A stretch of DNA of 34,342 bases, from the NCBI GenBank assembly GCA_040081625.1, contig JBEBGD010000060.1:1-34342 (forward strand). The letters run 5' to 3'. The notes under the pieces were generated by a model. That model had not been told where the DNA came from. It made no database searches and saw only the letters and a list, made by a program, of their open reading frames with translations. The stretch's first letter is position 1. Each line of letters starts with the position of its first letter. Both the position numbers and the translations under genes were made by a program. Origin of the DNA: Chthoniobacteraceae bacterium. Lineage in GTDB: Bacteria > Verrucomicrobiota > Verrucomicrobiia > Chthoniobacterales > Chthoniobacteraceae. This document shows positions 1-8,744 of the stretch, piece by piece.

Positions 1-655
1 TGCCCAACCCGAGCCGGCGGGGCGCCGGCTCGGGTTGGGCACGCGCGAGGATTCTGGCCACCGCCATTGCTTGCGGAAAGGGAGTGCCGCCCGTCTGGAA
101 ATTGGCCGCTGGCCGGGAACGCGGCGATTCATCCGGGGCGGACGCAGGACCGTCGCACACGCTCTGGTATGTGCGCCGCACCTCGGCCAGGGCGATCGAG
201 TCCAGGAGATCTTTCAGCGGAAACGGCTTCCGCAGGACGAACCCATTGACGCTCTCGATGAATTCCTTCGTCTTCGCGTCGCCTTGATGGCCGGTCATGA
301 AGATGAACCCGTGGCAAAGCGCCGGGCGGATTTTCTCGACTGCGCGGTAGAACATGTCGCCCGGCAGCCCGGGCATCATGAAGTCGCAAAAAACCATCAT
401 GAAGTCGTTGGCCAGCACCTCCCGGACACCCTCCCCGCCGTCTTTGACCGCCACGACGGTGTAACCGTTCTCGACCAGACAGTCCCGGATGATGTCGTTC
501 AGGGCAGGATCATCCTCCAGCAGCAGCACCCGCCCCTTCCCCGAAACGACGGCACCCGCCGCTGCGAGGGGTCCGTTCACACCATCACCCGACCCGGGAG
601 CGTCCGGCGCGGAGTCGCCTCCGTCGCGAGGTGGTTTTTCGAGGCATTGATTCAC
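1..655 (-). CDS. Response regulator receiver-domain protein (3' end runs off the window)
   Basis: Not in the ORF track because it has no stop inside the window. Manual translation gives RVLLLEDDPALNDIIRDCLVENGYTVVAVKDGGEGVREVLANDFMMVFCDFMMPGLPG...FIFMTG...LRKPFPLKDLL, with the acidic pocket, phospho-Asp, Thr and KP motifs. Start is GTG at 655 or GTG at 580. Confidence 0.85.
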   Translation of the reverse strand, partial: MNQCLEKPPRDGGDSAPDAPGSGDGVNGPLAAAGAVVSGKGRVLLLEDDPALNDIIRDCLVENGYTVVAVKDGGEGVREVLANDFMMVFCDFMMPGLPGDMFYRAVEKIRPALCHGFIFMTGHQGDAKTKEFIESVNGFVLRKPFPLKDLLDSIALAEVRRTYQSVCDGPASAPDESPRSRPAANFQTGGTPFPQAMAVARILARAQPEPAPRRLGLG

Positions 656-749
656 GAGTTGAGAAATTTAGCCGTCACCCGCGAGGATTTGCGGGGAGTC
701 GTTGTCGAAGCCTCACATCGCGAGCGGCAAGCATGGGCACGACTGAGAA

Positions 750-765
750 AGCCAGAACGATGCCG
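750..765 (-). promoter_or_regulatory. Possible sigma-54 (-24/-12) promoter for the response regulator
   Basis: Minus strand reads CGGCATCGTTCTGGCT, giving GG-N10-GC spacing, but it deviates from the TGGCAC/TTGC consensus. Confidence 0.25.
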
Positions 766-793
766 CGGATTTCGCCGTGTTTGGGAAAACCCA

Positions 794-821
794 TTGCCCC
801 ACCGGACTCGCTCCGTAAGGT
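794..821 (+). promoter_or_regulatory. Putative sigma-70 promoter of greA
   Basis: TTGCCC-N16-TAAGGT ending 10 nt before the ATG at 832, which also supports 832 as the start. Confidence 0.4.
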
Positions 822-831
822 CCGCGCCCCT

Positions 832-2661
832 ATGCACGCAGAAATCCAGAAAGTCATCGATGCCGGAAAACTCAGCGCGCAAGCCGGCGAAGCGCTCGCG
901 AAGCTGCCGTCCGGCACTTACGTCATGCACCGGAGCTGGGGCTACGGGCAGGTCGCCGACGTCGATTTCCTGCTCCAGCAGATGACGCTCAACTTCAAAG
1001 GCAAGCGCGCCCACCCCATGCAGCTTCAGTATGCGGCCGAGAGCCTCGCCGTCATCCCGCCCGATCACATCGCCGCGATGAAACTGGCCGATGTGGGCGC
1101 CGTGAAGGCCGCGGCCAAGAACGATCCCGTCGGCATCTCCCGGTGCGTGCTCACGAGCTTCGGCGGCAAGGCCACGCAGGATCAGATCGCGACCACCCTC
1201 GTGCCCGACGTGATGAGCGAGGGCGAGTTCAAGAAGTGGTTCGAAGCCGCGAAGAAGGCCATGAAGAACGACGGCCACTTCGCGATCCCGACCAAGAAAG
1301 GCCTGCCCTTCGAGCTGCGCGACGGCCCCATCGCCCACTGCGACGAATACCTCGCCGCCTTCAACAACGCCCGGCAGATCAAGGACCAGACCAAGGCCGT
1401 CGAACTCATCACCAAACACTTCGAGGAGTTCCGCGACCCGGTCGCCCAGCTTCAGCCCGTCATCGTCGCCGTGAATGACGGCGCGCGCAGATCCATCAAG
1501 CTCAAGCCCGAGGACACGATCTGCCTGCTCGCCGCGCGCGACGAACTGGTCGAGCGAGTCCCCGTGCTCACCGCCGGCATCGACGCGCCCGCGATCTGCA
1601 ACATCCTCCTCGAGCGGCGCGCGGAACTTCCCTCCCTCCTCTCGCGGCTGCCCGACTCGAAGCTCGCGCGCTCCGTCGCCGCCATCCCCGCCGCCTTCGG
1701 CGACGACTGGCCGCAGCGCGCGGTGAGCGTCGTGCTCCGCGCCGAGAAGGCGCGCCTCGCCTCCGAAGCCGCGAACCTCATCGCGAAGAACGGCCAGGGC
1801 GACGCGCTGCGCATCGCCCTCGAGCGCTCCATCAGCGAGCACAGCCTCTCGAGCGCCGCGCTCTGCTGGCTGTGCGAAGACCGCGCCGGCTGGTTTGCCG
1901 AGCTGCTCGATCACAAGGTCGCCCCCGCGATCATCGCCGCCCTCGAGCGCGACGCGCACAACGAACGCAAGGATCGCAAGCTTCACGACCTGCTCGTCAA
2001 CGATCCGAATCGGATCACCGAACTGCTCGCCGACGCGAGCGCCGAGGAGCTGCGCGACTTTGTCCGCAAGGTCATGCTCACCACCGTCTTCCAGGATCTC
2101 AACCGCCGCTCGCTGCTCGGCAAGATCGTGCGCGTGTATCCCGATTTGCAGGCACTCATCACCGGCCAGGCCGAGGAACGCGACGAGTCGATCGTCGTCT
2201 CGTGGGAGAGCCTCGAGAAGAAGAAGGCCGACCTCGACGAGCTCGTGAACAAGAAGATCCCCGAGAACGTAAAGGAGATCGCAATCGCCCGCGACTACGG
2301 CGACCTGCGCGAGAACTTCGAGTTCAAGGCCGCCAAGGAAATGCAACGCGTGCTCGGACGCCGTCGCGCCGACGCCGAACGCGACCTCGGCCTCGCCCGC
2401 GGGACCGACTTCGCCAATGCCGACACGACGCAGGTGAACATCGGCACGATCGTCACCGTGCGCGACGTCGCCGATTCCCGCACCGACGTCTATACGATCC
2501 TCGGCGCGTGGGACGGCGACCCGGAGAAAAACATCGTGAGCTACCTGAGCGCGCTCGCCAAGGCCCTGCTCGGCCACAAGCCCGGCGACCAACTCGAACT
2601 CCCCACCGAGCACGGCGACCGCACCGTGGTGATCGAGAAGATCGAGCGCTACAGGAACTAG
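832..2661 (+). CDS. greA: Transcription elongation factor GreA with long N-terminal extension (609 aa)
   Basis: C-terminal Gre domain KEIAIARDYGDLRENFEFKAAKE with both catalytic acidic residues, plus VNIGTIVTV, YTILG and VSYLSALAKALLG motifs. Start set at ATG 832 (MHAEIQK). Confidence 0.9.
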   Translation: MHAEIQKVIDAGKLSAQAGEALAKLPSGTYVMHRSWGYGQVADVDFLLQQMTLNFKGKRAHPMQLQYAAESLAVIPPDHIAAMKLADVGAVKAAAKNDPVGISRCVLTSFGGKATQDQIATTLVPDVMSEGEFKKWFEAAKKAMKNDGHFAIPTKKGLPFELRDGPIAHCDEYLAAFNNARQIKDQTKAVELITKHFEEFRDPVAQLQPVIVAVNDGARRSIKLKPEDTICLLAARDELVERVPVLTAGIDAPAICNILLERRAELPSLLSRLPDSKLARSVAAIPAAFGDDWPQRAVSVVLRAEKARLASEAANLIAKNGQGDALRIALERSISEHSLSSAALCWLCEDRAGWFAELLDHKVAPAIIAALERDAHNERKDRKLHDLLVNDPNRITELLADASAEELRDFVRKVMLTTVFQDLNRRSLLGKIVRVYPDLQALITGQAEERDESIVVSWESLEKKKADLDELVNKKIPENVKEIAIARDYGDLRENFEFKAAKEMQRVLGRRRADAERDLGLARGTDFANADTTQVNIGTIVTVRDVADSRTDVYTILGAWDGDPEKNIVSYLSALAKALLGHKPGDQLELPTEHGDRTVVIEKIERYRN

Positions 2662-5600
2662 CCCGGTTCGTCCGCGGCGCTTCCGTCCGCACGGTGCGCC
2701 GTGGTCTTCACCCGCGTGCCCCGCTCGTCGTAGGCGAAAGTGCGCCGCATCGCGCCGCGGACTTCGACCGGCATTTCGTCCGCGCCGAAATAGCTCTCCT
2801 CGGCGAGCAGATCGCGCGCATCGAACCGGCTGAGCTTCCGCGCGAAACCGTCCTTTATCACAAAGGGACGCCCATCGGCGCCGAAGGCCGCCATCTCGAT
2901 CTCATTGCCGCGCGCATCGTAGCGGCGGGTTGAGCGCGAGTTGCCGAAATCGCTGCGCCCCGGCTCGCCATTCACACCGATGAAGGCGCGCGCGACCACG
3001 CGATCCCATTCATCGTAGCGCGTCACGATCCTCGCGAACTGACCGCGCAACATACACGGCCGTCCGTCGGGCCCGAGCCACGTCTCCTCGACGAGGTTCC
3101 CGCGCACATCATAGGTCATCGCATTAGCCGCGTCCCCGCCCTTGAGCACCGAGGGTTGGCCGTCCACGCCGAAGTAGCTCCGGAGGGTCGCCAGGCCGCG
3201 ATCATCGAAATGCGACGTGTAGCCCGCGTAACCTTCGGGCATCAGGATCGGCTGAAGGTCGGCGCCGAAATACAAAATCCGCGTCATGTTTCCACGGTCA
3301 TCGAAAGTGCTCGTGAAGCGCGCGCAGCCGCTGCCGATCACCACGGGATTGCCGAACACGTCGAAAAACGTGCGCTCGATCAGATTGCCGCGTCCGTCGA
3401 ATCTGCTCAGCGAACTCGCGTTGCCCTCCTTGTGGAGCGCCGGACGGCCATCGAGACCGAAGAAGGCCGACCTCTCGGTGTCGCCGCTTTCGCTGAACTC
3501 GATGCGCACACCGGCAACGCCGAAGGCACTCAAGGCGGGCTGATAGTCCGTGCCGAAATACGCGCGCTCAACTTCGCGGCTGCGGTCGTCGAACTTGCTC
3601 GTGAAGCGCGCGGTCCCGCTGGCGTCGAGCACCGGCTTCCCGTCCGCGCCGAAGAATGCGCACTCGATCATGTTGCGCCGGTCGTCGAACTTCACCGCGC
3701 GTCGCGCGTAGCCTTCCTTGATCGCCGTTGGCTTCCCATCGATGCCGAAGAACGAACGCTCCAACTCGTTCCCCCGCTCGTCGAAGTTCATCGTCGCGCG
3801 CGCGCAGCCGTCCTTTTGCAAGATCGGCCGCCCATCCACGCCGAACCACGAATGCTCGATCGGGTTGCCGCGATCGTCGTAGCCCTTCGTCGTCCGCGCG
3901 AAACCCCACCGGGAGAGGACCAATGCGCCGTCGGGGCCGTGCGCCGCCAGTTCGATCGCGTTGCCACGCGCATCATACTTCGCGCTGAAACGCGCCGCGC
4001 CGTTCCTACTAATAACAGGCGCCCCGTCGGCACCAAAATAGGCGATCTCCGTGGCGTTCCCCCGCTCGTCGAGTTTCGTCACGAAGCGCGCAAAACCTTC
4101 CTTCACAGCAATCGATGGCTTCCCATCCGGGCCAAAAAACGCGCGCTCGATCTCGTTTCCGTGTTCGTCGTAGCGCCGCTTCGCGATCGCGTGCCCGGCC
4201 TTGCTGCGGACCGGCTTACCCGCGGTGTCAAAGTAACCTTCCTCCACGCAATCACCGCGTTCATCAAAGCGGCGAACGATCGCCGCAACGCCCGTGCTCA
4301 TCGTCACGGGCAGGCCGTCGGTCCCAAAGTAGCGCTCCTCGATCACGTTGCCGCGCTCGTCGAGCTTGTCCGTCCACCGCGAGTAGCCGCTCTTGTTCAG
4401 CACCGGCCGATCCTCCAAGTCGAAGCAAGCGCGCTCGACGATATAGCCCCGCGCGTCAAACGCGTCCTTGAGGCACGCAAACCCTTCATCGCTGAGCGTC
4501 GGCTTTCCGTCCACGTGGAAGCCGCGGCGCTCGATCGCATTTCCCGCCGCATCGCGCAGCGTGGTCATTCGCGCCACGCCTTCCTTGGTCCGCACCGGTC
4601 GCCCGTCCGCGCCCATCCACGAAACCTCCACCGCATTGCCGGACGCGTCGCGCCGATACTCGCCTCGCGCGTAACCAACCGAGCCTATGCGTGGAGTCCC
4701 GTCCGGGTCGAGCAGCGCCACCGCGACGATCCGCCCGCGCGCGTCGCGCTCGTTGAATCGGGTGCTGATCCCATCGCGATCCCGCATCGGCCTACCTTCG
4801 GCATCGAGGTTGGTCACGGTCGTCTTCAGTCCCCGCGCATCGTAGGCGTAGCGCTGGCCGTAAACGCCATCCGCATCCGCCCGCGGATAGCGGTAGTCAT
4901 TCAAGAACAGCTGAGTCTCTACCCGTCCCACCGCGTCGTAGGAGACGCGTTGAACGGTGATCTCCGTGCGGTTTGCTCCGTCGGACTTCGTCGATCCTCC
5001 CTGCAACGTGCTCACGCCAACCCCGAGGCTCAACGGTCGGCCTTCGCCCGGATGCCGCATCTCGACAAAATGCTCGCGCTGCCCGGCATCTCGCTCGCTG
5101 AAGACCTGGCGCATCACGATCCGCCCGTTTCGATTTCGCAGATCGATCCGCTCCACCTCGCCATTCTCCCGATAAGCGACCTCGCCCTTGCATGCCTTGA
5201 GCGTCATCTCGCTGTCATTGAACCCGCCGTGCCCGTTCACCACGAAAAACTGCCGCACCTTGCCGCGGGAGCGTTCGATCCGATAGCTCGCCGCGCGATG
5301 CCTCGCCGTCTCCGCATCGATCGGCAGCGCACCTTCCGGCACGCCCCATCGCTCGCCGAGTTCCTCGAAGAAGGCGGTCTTCGTCCGCGTATAATCCCAC
5401 CAGCCCAGCGTCGCGGCGCAGATCATCAGACAAACGGCGGCGATCACCACGCGCTGCCACCGACCGCGCACGAGTTCGCGACGCACGAGCGCGTTCAAGC
5501 CAATGCCGGTGATTCCAGCGACCGCCTTGAGCAGCACCGCGCGCGGCCCGTCGCCTCCGTCGCGCAAGTCGCCCGCGATCGGTTCGGTGCGCTCACTCGT

Positions 5601-6050
5601 GAGCTGCCCATCCGCACCCACCGTGTAGCGCAGCGCCAGCGGGAAACACTCACGCGCCGCATCGGCGGGATCGTCGCTCGCATTCGGCTCGCCGCTTAGG
5701 ATCACAGCGAGAATTCGATCCTCGCGCCCGAACGCCTTGAAAGTGCGAATCTCCTCATTCACCCATCGCGACTGCGCCGCCACCGGCGAGCACAGCACGA
5801 TAAGGTAACGCGAAGCGCGCAATGCATCCGCGATCGTCGCACCGAGATCGGCGGACAACGGCAGCTCATCGCGGTCCCGAAAGATCGGAAAGATCGTGCG
5901 CGGCACCGCTTCATCGCGCCCGGGCCGACCCACCAGCGCCCGCGGCACGCGGTAATGCTCGAGCTGCCGGTGCAGCGCCACCGCCGCGCGTGCGTCCTTC
6001 GAGGAGTAGGAGATAAAAGCCCAATAGCGGCTACCCGGGTCCGGATTCAT
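2658..6050 (-). CDS. TIR domain - single transmembrane helix - YD/RHS-like repeat protein (1130 aa)
   Basis: N-terminal TIR motifs AFISYSSKD, IFRDRDEL and LIVLCSPVAAQSRWVNEEI. Basic stretch RRELVRGRWQR followed by hydrophobic VVIAAVCLMICAATLGWW (5397-5450). C-terminal tandem 32-aa repeats. Start ATG 6050 (MNPDPGSRYWAF). Confidence 0.88.
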   Translation of the reverse strand: MNPDPGSRYWAFISYSSKDARAAVALHRQLEHYRVPRALVGRPGRDEAVPRTIFPIFRDRDELPLSADLGATIADALRASRYLIVLCSPVAAQSRWVNEEIRTFKAFGREDRILAVILSGEPNASDDPADAARECFPLALRYTVGADGQLTSERTEPIAGDLRDGGDGPRAVLLKAVAGITGIGLNALVRRELVRGRWQRVVIAAVCLMICAATLGWWDYTRTKTAFFEELGERWGVPEGALPIDAETARHRAASYRIERSRGKVRQFFVVNGHGGFNDSEMTLKACKGEVAYRENGEVERIDLRNRNGRIVMRQVFSERDAGQREHFVEMRHPGEGRPLSLGVGVSTLQGGSTKSDGANRTEITVQRVSYDAVGRVETQLFLNDYRYPRADADGVYGQRYAYDARGLKTTVTNLDAEGRPMRDRDGISTRFNERDARGRIVAVALLDPDGTPRIGSVGYARGEYRRDASGNAVEVSWMGADGRPVRTKEGVARMTTLRDAAGNAIERRGFHVDGKPTLSDEGFACLKDAFDARGYIVERACFDLEDRPVLNKSGYSRWTDKLDERGNVIEERYFGTDGLPVTMSTGVAAIVRRFDERGDCVEEGYFDTAGKPVRSKAGHAIAKRRYDEHGNEIERAFFGPDGKPSIAVKEGFARFVTKLDERGNATEIAYFGADGAPVISRNGAARFSAKYDARGNAIELAAHGPDGALVLSRWGFARTTKGYDDRGNPIEHSWFGVDGRPILQKDGCARATMNFDERGNELERSFFGIDGKPTAIKEGYARRAVKFDDRRNMIECAFFGADGKPVLDASGTARFTSKFDDRSREVERAYFGTDYQPALSAFGVAGVRIEFSESGDTERSAFFGLDGRPALHKEGNASSLSRFDGRGNLIERTFFDVFGNPVVIGSGCARFTSTFDDRGNMTRILYFGADLQPILMPEGYAGYTSHFDDRGLATLRSYFGVDGQPSVLKGGDAANAMTYDVRGNLVEETWLGPDGRPCMLRGQFARIVTRYDEWDRVVARAFIGVNGEPGRSDFGNSRSTRRYDARGNEIEMAAFGADGRPFVIKDGFARKLSRFDARDLLAEESYFGADEMPVEVRGAMRRTFAYDERGTRVKTTAHRADGSAADEPG
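2661..4940 (-). repeat. Intragenic tandem repeat: 23 complete plus 1 partial units of about 32 aa (96 bp)
   Basis: Counted from the translation. Consensus [YF]D[EAD]RGNxxExx[YF]FGxDGxPxxxxxGxARxxxx; one unit is 33 aa and one is 31 aa. Confidence 0.9.
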
Positions 6051-6095
6051 TCCGCATCTGCGTAGCACGAGCGCTCTTTCGGGCGCAAGCCCGCG

Positions 6096-7127
6096 TTACG
6101 CTCGGCGAAACCGGTAGTGGCTCACGTGCCATTCGTTCCCGTCGCGGTAGCCCCAGAGCTCCGCGCAGGACATGAAGAACACGCGCCAGTAAGCCCACCA
6201 GCGTTTCGTGTTCGCGGCGCCGTAGGTCTCCTCGAATAGCGGCCAGATTTCCTTCCGGTTCGCGTCCATGTTTTGCAGCCACGCCTCGGCGGTGCGCTGG
6301 TAGTGCGTGCCGCTCACCACCCAGTGCTGCTCGATGCGCAGGTCGTCCTGGAAGTAGAGCAGCAGGTCGTCGCTCGGCATTTGTCCGCCGGCGAAAAAGT
6401 AGCGCGTCATCCAATCGGACGGCCCCTTGTCTTCGTAGTGATACGCCAGCTCGCGATGGGTGAAGATGTGGACGAAGAGCTTCCCGCCCGGCGCGAGCCA
6501 GCGCGCGATCTTCGCCATGAGAAGCTGGTAGTTCTTCATGTGCTCGAACATTTCGACGCTCACGATGCGATCGTATGTCGCGGGCGCCTCGAATGCATTC
6601 ATGTCGCACGTGATGATCTCCACGTTCCGCAGCCCGCGCCGCGCGGCCTCGGCGTCGATGTGCTCCTTCTGCGTGCGCGAGTTCGACACGGCGGTGATGC
6701 GCGCCTGCGGGAAATGCTCCGCCATCCAGAGCGTGAGCGAACCCCAGCCGCAGCCGAGTTCGAGGATGCGCTGCCCGTCGGCGAGGTCCGCGCGCTCGCA
6801 GGTGAGCGCGAGCATCTTCTCCTCCGCCTCGTCGAGCGTCTCGCCGCCGGTCGGGAAAAGCGCACTGCTGTATTTCAGCCGGCGCCCGAGGCAGAGCTGG
6901 TAGAAGCGCGTCGGCACCTCGTAGTGCTGCTCGTTCGCATCGCGCGTCTGCACCGCGATCGGCATCGCCTTCAACTCCGCGACGTGCGCCATGATCCGCG
7001 CGCGCTGCGCTTCGACATCCGGCGCGGTCTTCTCGCGCAGCGTCTCGGCGAGAAGGTGGCGGATTCCGGCGCGGATGAGCGCATCGGGGACGACGTTGGC
7101 TTCGAGGATCGTGTCGAGGTTGATCAT
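6096..7127 (-). CDS. SAM-dependent methyltransferase, cyclopropane-fatty-acyl synthase / coclaurine N-methyltransferase-like (343 aa)
   Basis: Motifs [36 protein letters not shown] and [13 protein letters not shown] 7127 overlaps the upstream stop (ATGA). Confidence 0.88.
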   Translation of the reverse strand: MINLDTILEANVVPDALIRAGIRHLLAETLREKTAPDVEAQRARIMAHVAELKAMPIAVQTRDANEQHYEVPTRFYQLCLGRRLKYSSALFPTGGETLDEAEEKMLALTCERADLADGQRILELGCGWGSLTLWMAEHFPQARITAVSNSRTQKEHIDAEAARRGLRNVEIITCDMNAFEAPATYDRIVSVEMFEHMKNYQLLMAKIARWLAPGGKLFVHIFTHRELAYHYEDKGPSDWMTRYFFAGGQMPSDDLLLYFQDDLRIEQHWVVSGTHYQRTAEAWLQNMDANRKEIWPLFEETYGAANTKRWWAYWRVFFMSCAELWGYRDGNEWHVSHYRFRRA

Positions 7128-7894
7128 GCTTTTCGCGGGCCGGGCCAGAATGCGTTGGTCGTCCGCTGATACTCGCGATACGCGTCGCCGCGGCTCTTGA
7201 GCGAGAACTCCTCGGTGAGCGGGATCCCCGTCACGCGCGTGAGGAAGTAATACATCAACACCGGACACGCGATCGTGATCCAGCCGTGCGGGTGATCGAT
7301 CGAGGCGATGCAGATGCCGACCCAGAAAAGGAACTCGAAGAAGTAATTCGGATGCCGCGAGTAGCGCCACAGGCCCGACTGGCAGACGGCGCCCTTGTTC
7401 GCCGGGTCGTCCTTGAAGCGCTTCATCTGGCGATCCGCGAGGCTCTCGCCCAGCAGGGCGAGCAGCGCGATGCCGAGGCCGGCGATGTCGATTTCGCGCA
7501 GCGGCATCTCACGCCACGCGGCGAGGAGGAAGGGCAGTGAGAAAACGACGACGATGAGCGCCTGCAGTTCGAAGAACACGAGGAACATCCCGGGCCCCGA
7601 CCACCGCTTTCGCAACCCTTCGTAGCGCACGTCCTCCGCCGGATGATGCCGCAGCACGCGTCGCAGGATGTAGGTGCCGAGCCGCAGACTCCACGCGACG
7701 CCGAGCACCGTGAAGACGAACTTTCTCTCGTGATGTCCGGGCCCGACCCACGCGTAGATCGGCGCGAGCACCGCGACGCCGTAGCTCCACGCGACATCGA
7801 GGAAGCTGTAGTTTTTCACCCGCACACACGCCGCCCAGACGACGGCGAAGGCGATGGCCATGAGCGCGGTGCCGATGAGAAGCCAGGTGATCAT
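7124..7894 (-). CDS. DUF1295 family membrane protein (steroid 5-alpha-reductase / PEMT-like clan, 256 aa)
   Basis: Motifs DVAWS, WSLRLG, EDVRY, ESLADRQ and [14 protein letters not shown]; several TM segments; ATGA overlap at its start. Confidence 0.88.
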   Translation of the reverse strand: MITWLLIGTALMAIAFAVVWAACVRVKNYSFLDVAWSYGVAVLAPIYAWVGPGHHERKFVFTVLGVAWSLRLGTYILRRVLRHHPAEDVRYEGLRKRWSGPGMFLVFFELQALIVVVFSLPFLLAAWREMPLREIDIAGLGIALLALLGESLADRQMKRFKDDPANKGAVCQSGLWRYSRHPNYFFEFLFWVGICIASIDHPHGWITIACPVLMYYFLTRVTGIPLTEEFSLKSRGDAYREYQRTTNAFWPGPRKA

Positions 7895-8355
7895 CGTGCG
7901 ATCCGAGCAGCGAGCGCCCGCAATGGCGAGCGCGCCGTGAAATAAAGTGCGACCACGAGCGCCGGCGCCACGATCAGCCAGACCAGCACGCCGCCGAGTC
8001 CGATGATGCCAAAGTCGGCAAGGAACTTCAGCGCGTCCGCGCGGAAGCGATCGAAGAGCAACGGGACCGACAGCGGGATCGGCGCCCGTCCGAGCAGGTG
8101 CTCGCCGGCCCGGTAGAACGGGATCAACAGTGCGATCTGCACGGGATACACGAGATAGTTCACGAGTTGGATGATTGGTTGGTTCAGGCGTAGCGCGATG
8201 CCCACGACGGCGCACAGCGCCGTCGTCGCACCGAGGATCGGGAAGATGCCGAGCGTCACGCCCAGCGCGATGGTGAGCGCGATCTTCTCCGGCGTCACAC
8301 CCTGCGTGAGTTGCGCGATGATGGGCGCGACGACGCGGCGCTGCCACCAACTCAC
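7891..8355 (-). CDS. DUF2062 family membrane protein (154 aa)
   Basis: TPEKIALTIALGVTLGIFPILG...RLNQP...VNYLVYP pattern. GTG 8355 overlaps the upstream stop (GTGA). Confidence 0.75.
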   Translation of the reverse strand: MSWWQRRVVAPIIAQLTQGVTPEKIALTIALGVTLGIFPILGATTALCAVVGIALRLNQPIIQLVNYLVYPVQIALLIPFYRAGEHLLGRAPIPLSVPLLFDRFRADALKFLADFGIIGLGGVLVWLIVAPALVVALYFTARSPLRALAARIAR

Positions 8356-8684
8356 GGCTCGCGCACCAGCAGGCGCTCGAGCTTCGCATCCGCCGGCAGG
8401 CGAAAGAGCAGGATGAGCATGTAGGTCGCCATCGCGAAGTTCCCGAGCAGCAGGATCGCGATGAGCCAGCCGACGCGTGCAAGCCAGGTCTGCTCGCGAT
8501 ACGCCACCCACAGCCAGAACGTGAGGAACGCGAAGTAGGTATCGAAGAGCGTGGTGATGAACCACGGATGCGTGGCGACCTCGCGCGGCATCCTCCAAAG
8601 CGCGACCTCGCTGCTCGCCCACCCGGTGACGACGAACATCGCGAGCAGCACGATAATGAAGACGACGCGAAGAGCGATGATCAT
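8352..8684 (-). CDS. DUF1475 family small membrane protein (110 aa)
   Basis: PWFITTLFDTYFAF...WVAYRE...LLGN motif; 3-4 hydrophobic segments. Confidence 0.75.
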   Translation of the reverse strand: MIIALRVVFIIVLLAMFVVTGWASSEVALWRMPREVATHPWFITTLFDTYFAFLTFWLWVAYREQTWLARVGWLIAILLLGNFAMATYMLILLFRLPADAKLERLLVREP

Positions 8685-8690
8685 GGCCGC

Positions 8691-8696
8691 AACGTA
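8691..8696 (-). promoter_or_regulatory. Possible -10 element of a leaderless operon transcript
   Basis: TACGTT lies 6 nt upstream of ATG 8684; no Shine-Dalgarno and no clear -35. Confidence 0.3.
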
Positions 8697-8744
8697 GGCC
8701 GATGCGCGTTTGCAGCGCCAGCGGGAATCCGGTAATCACTCCGC

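Noticed and set aside
35..985. 316-aa + strand ORF
   Set aside because: Antisense shadow of the minus-strand response regulator; no recognisable motifs.
2661..4940. Possible RHS polymorphic toxin or CRISPR-like array
   Set aside because: No RHS core (DPxG), toxin tip or immunity gene. The repeats are degenerate coding units, not identical DNA repeats with spacers.
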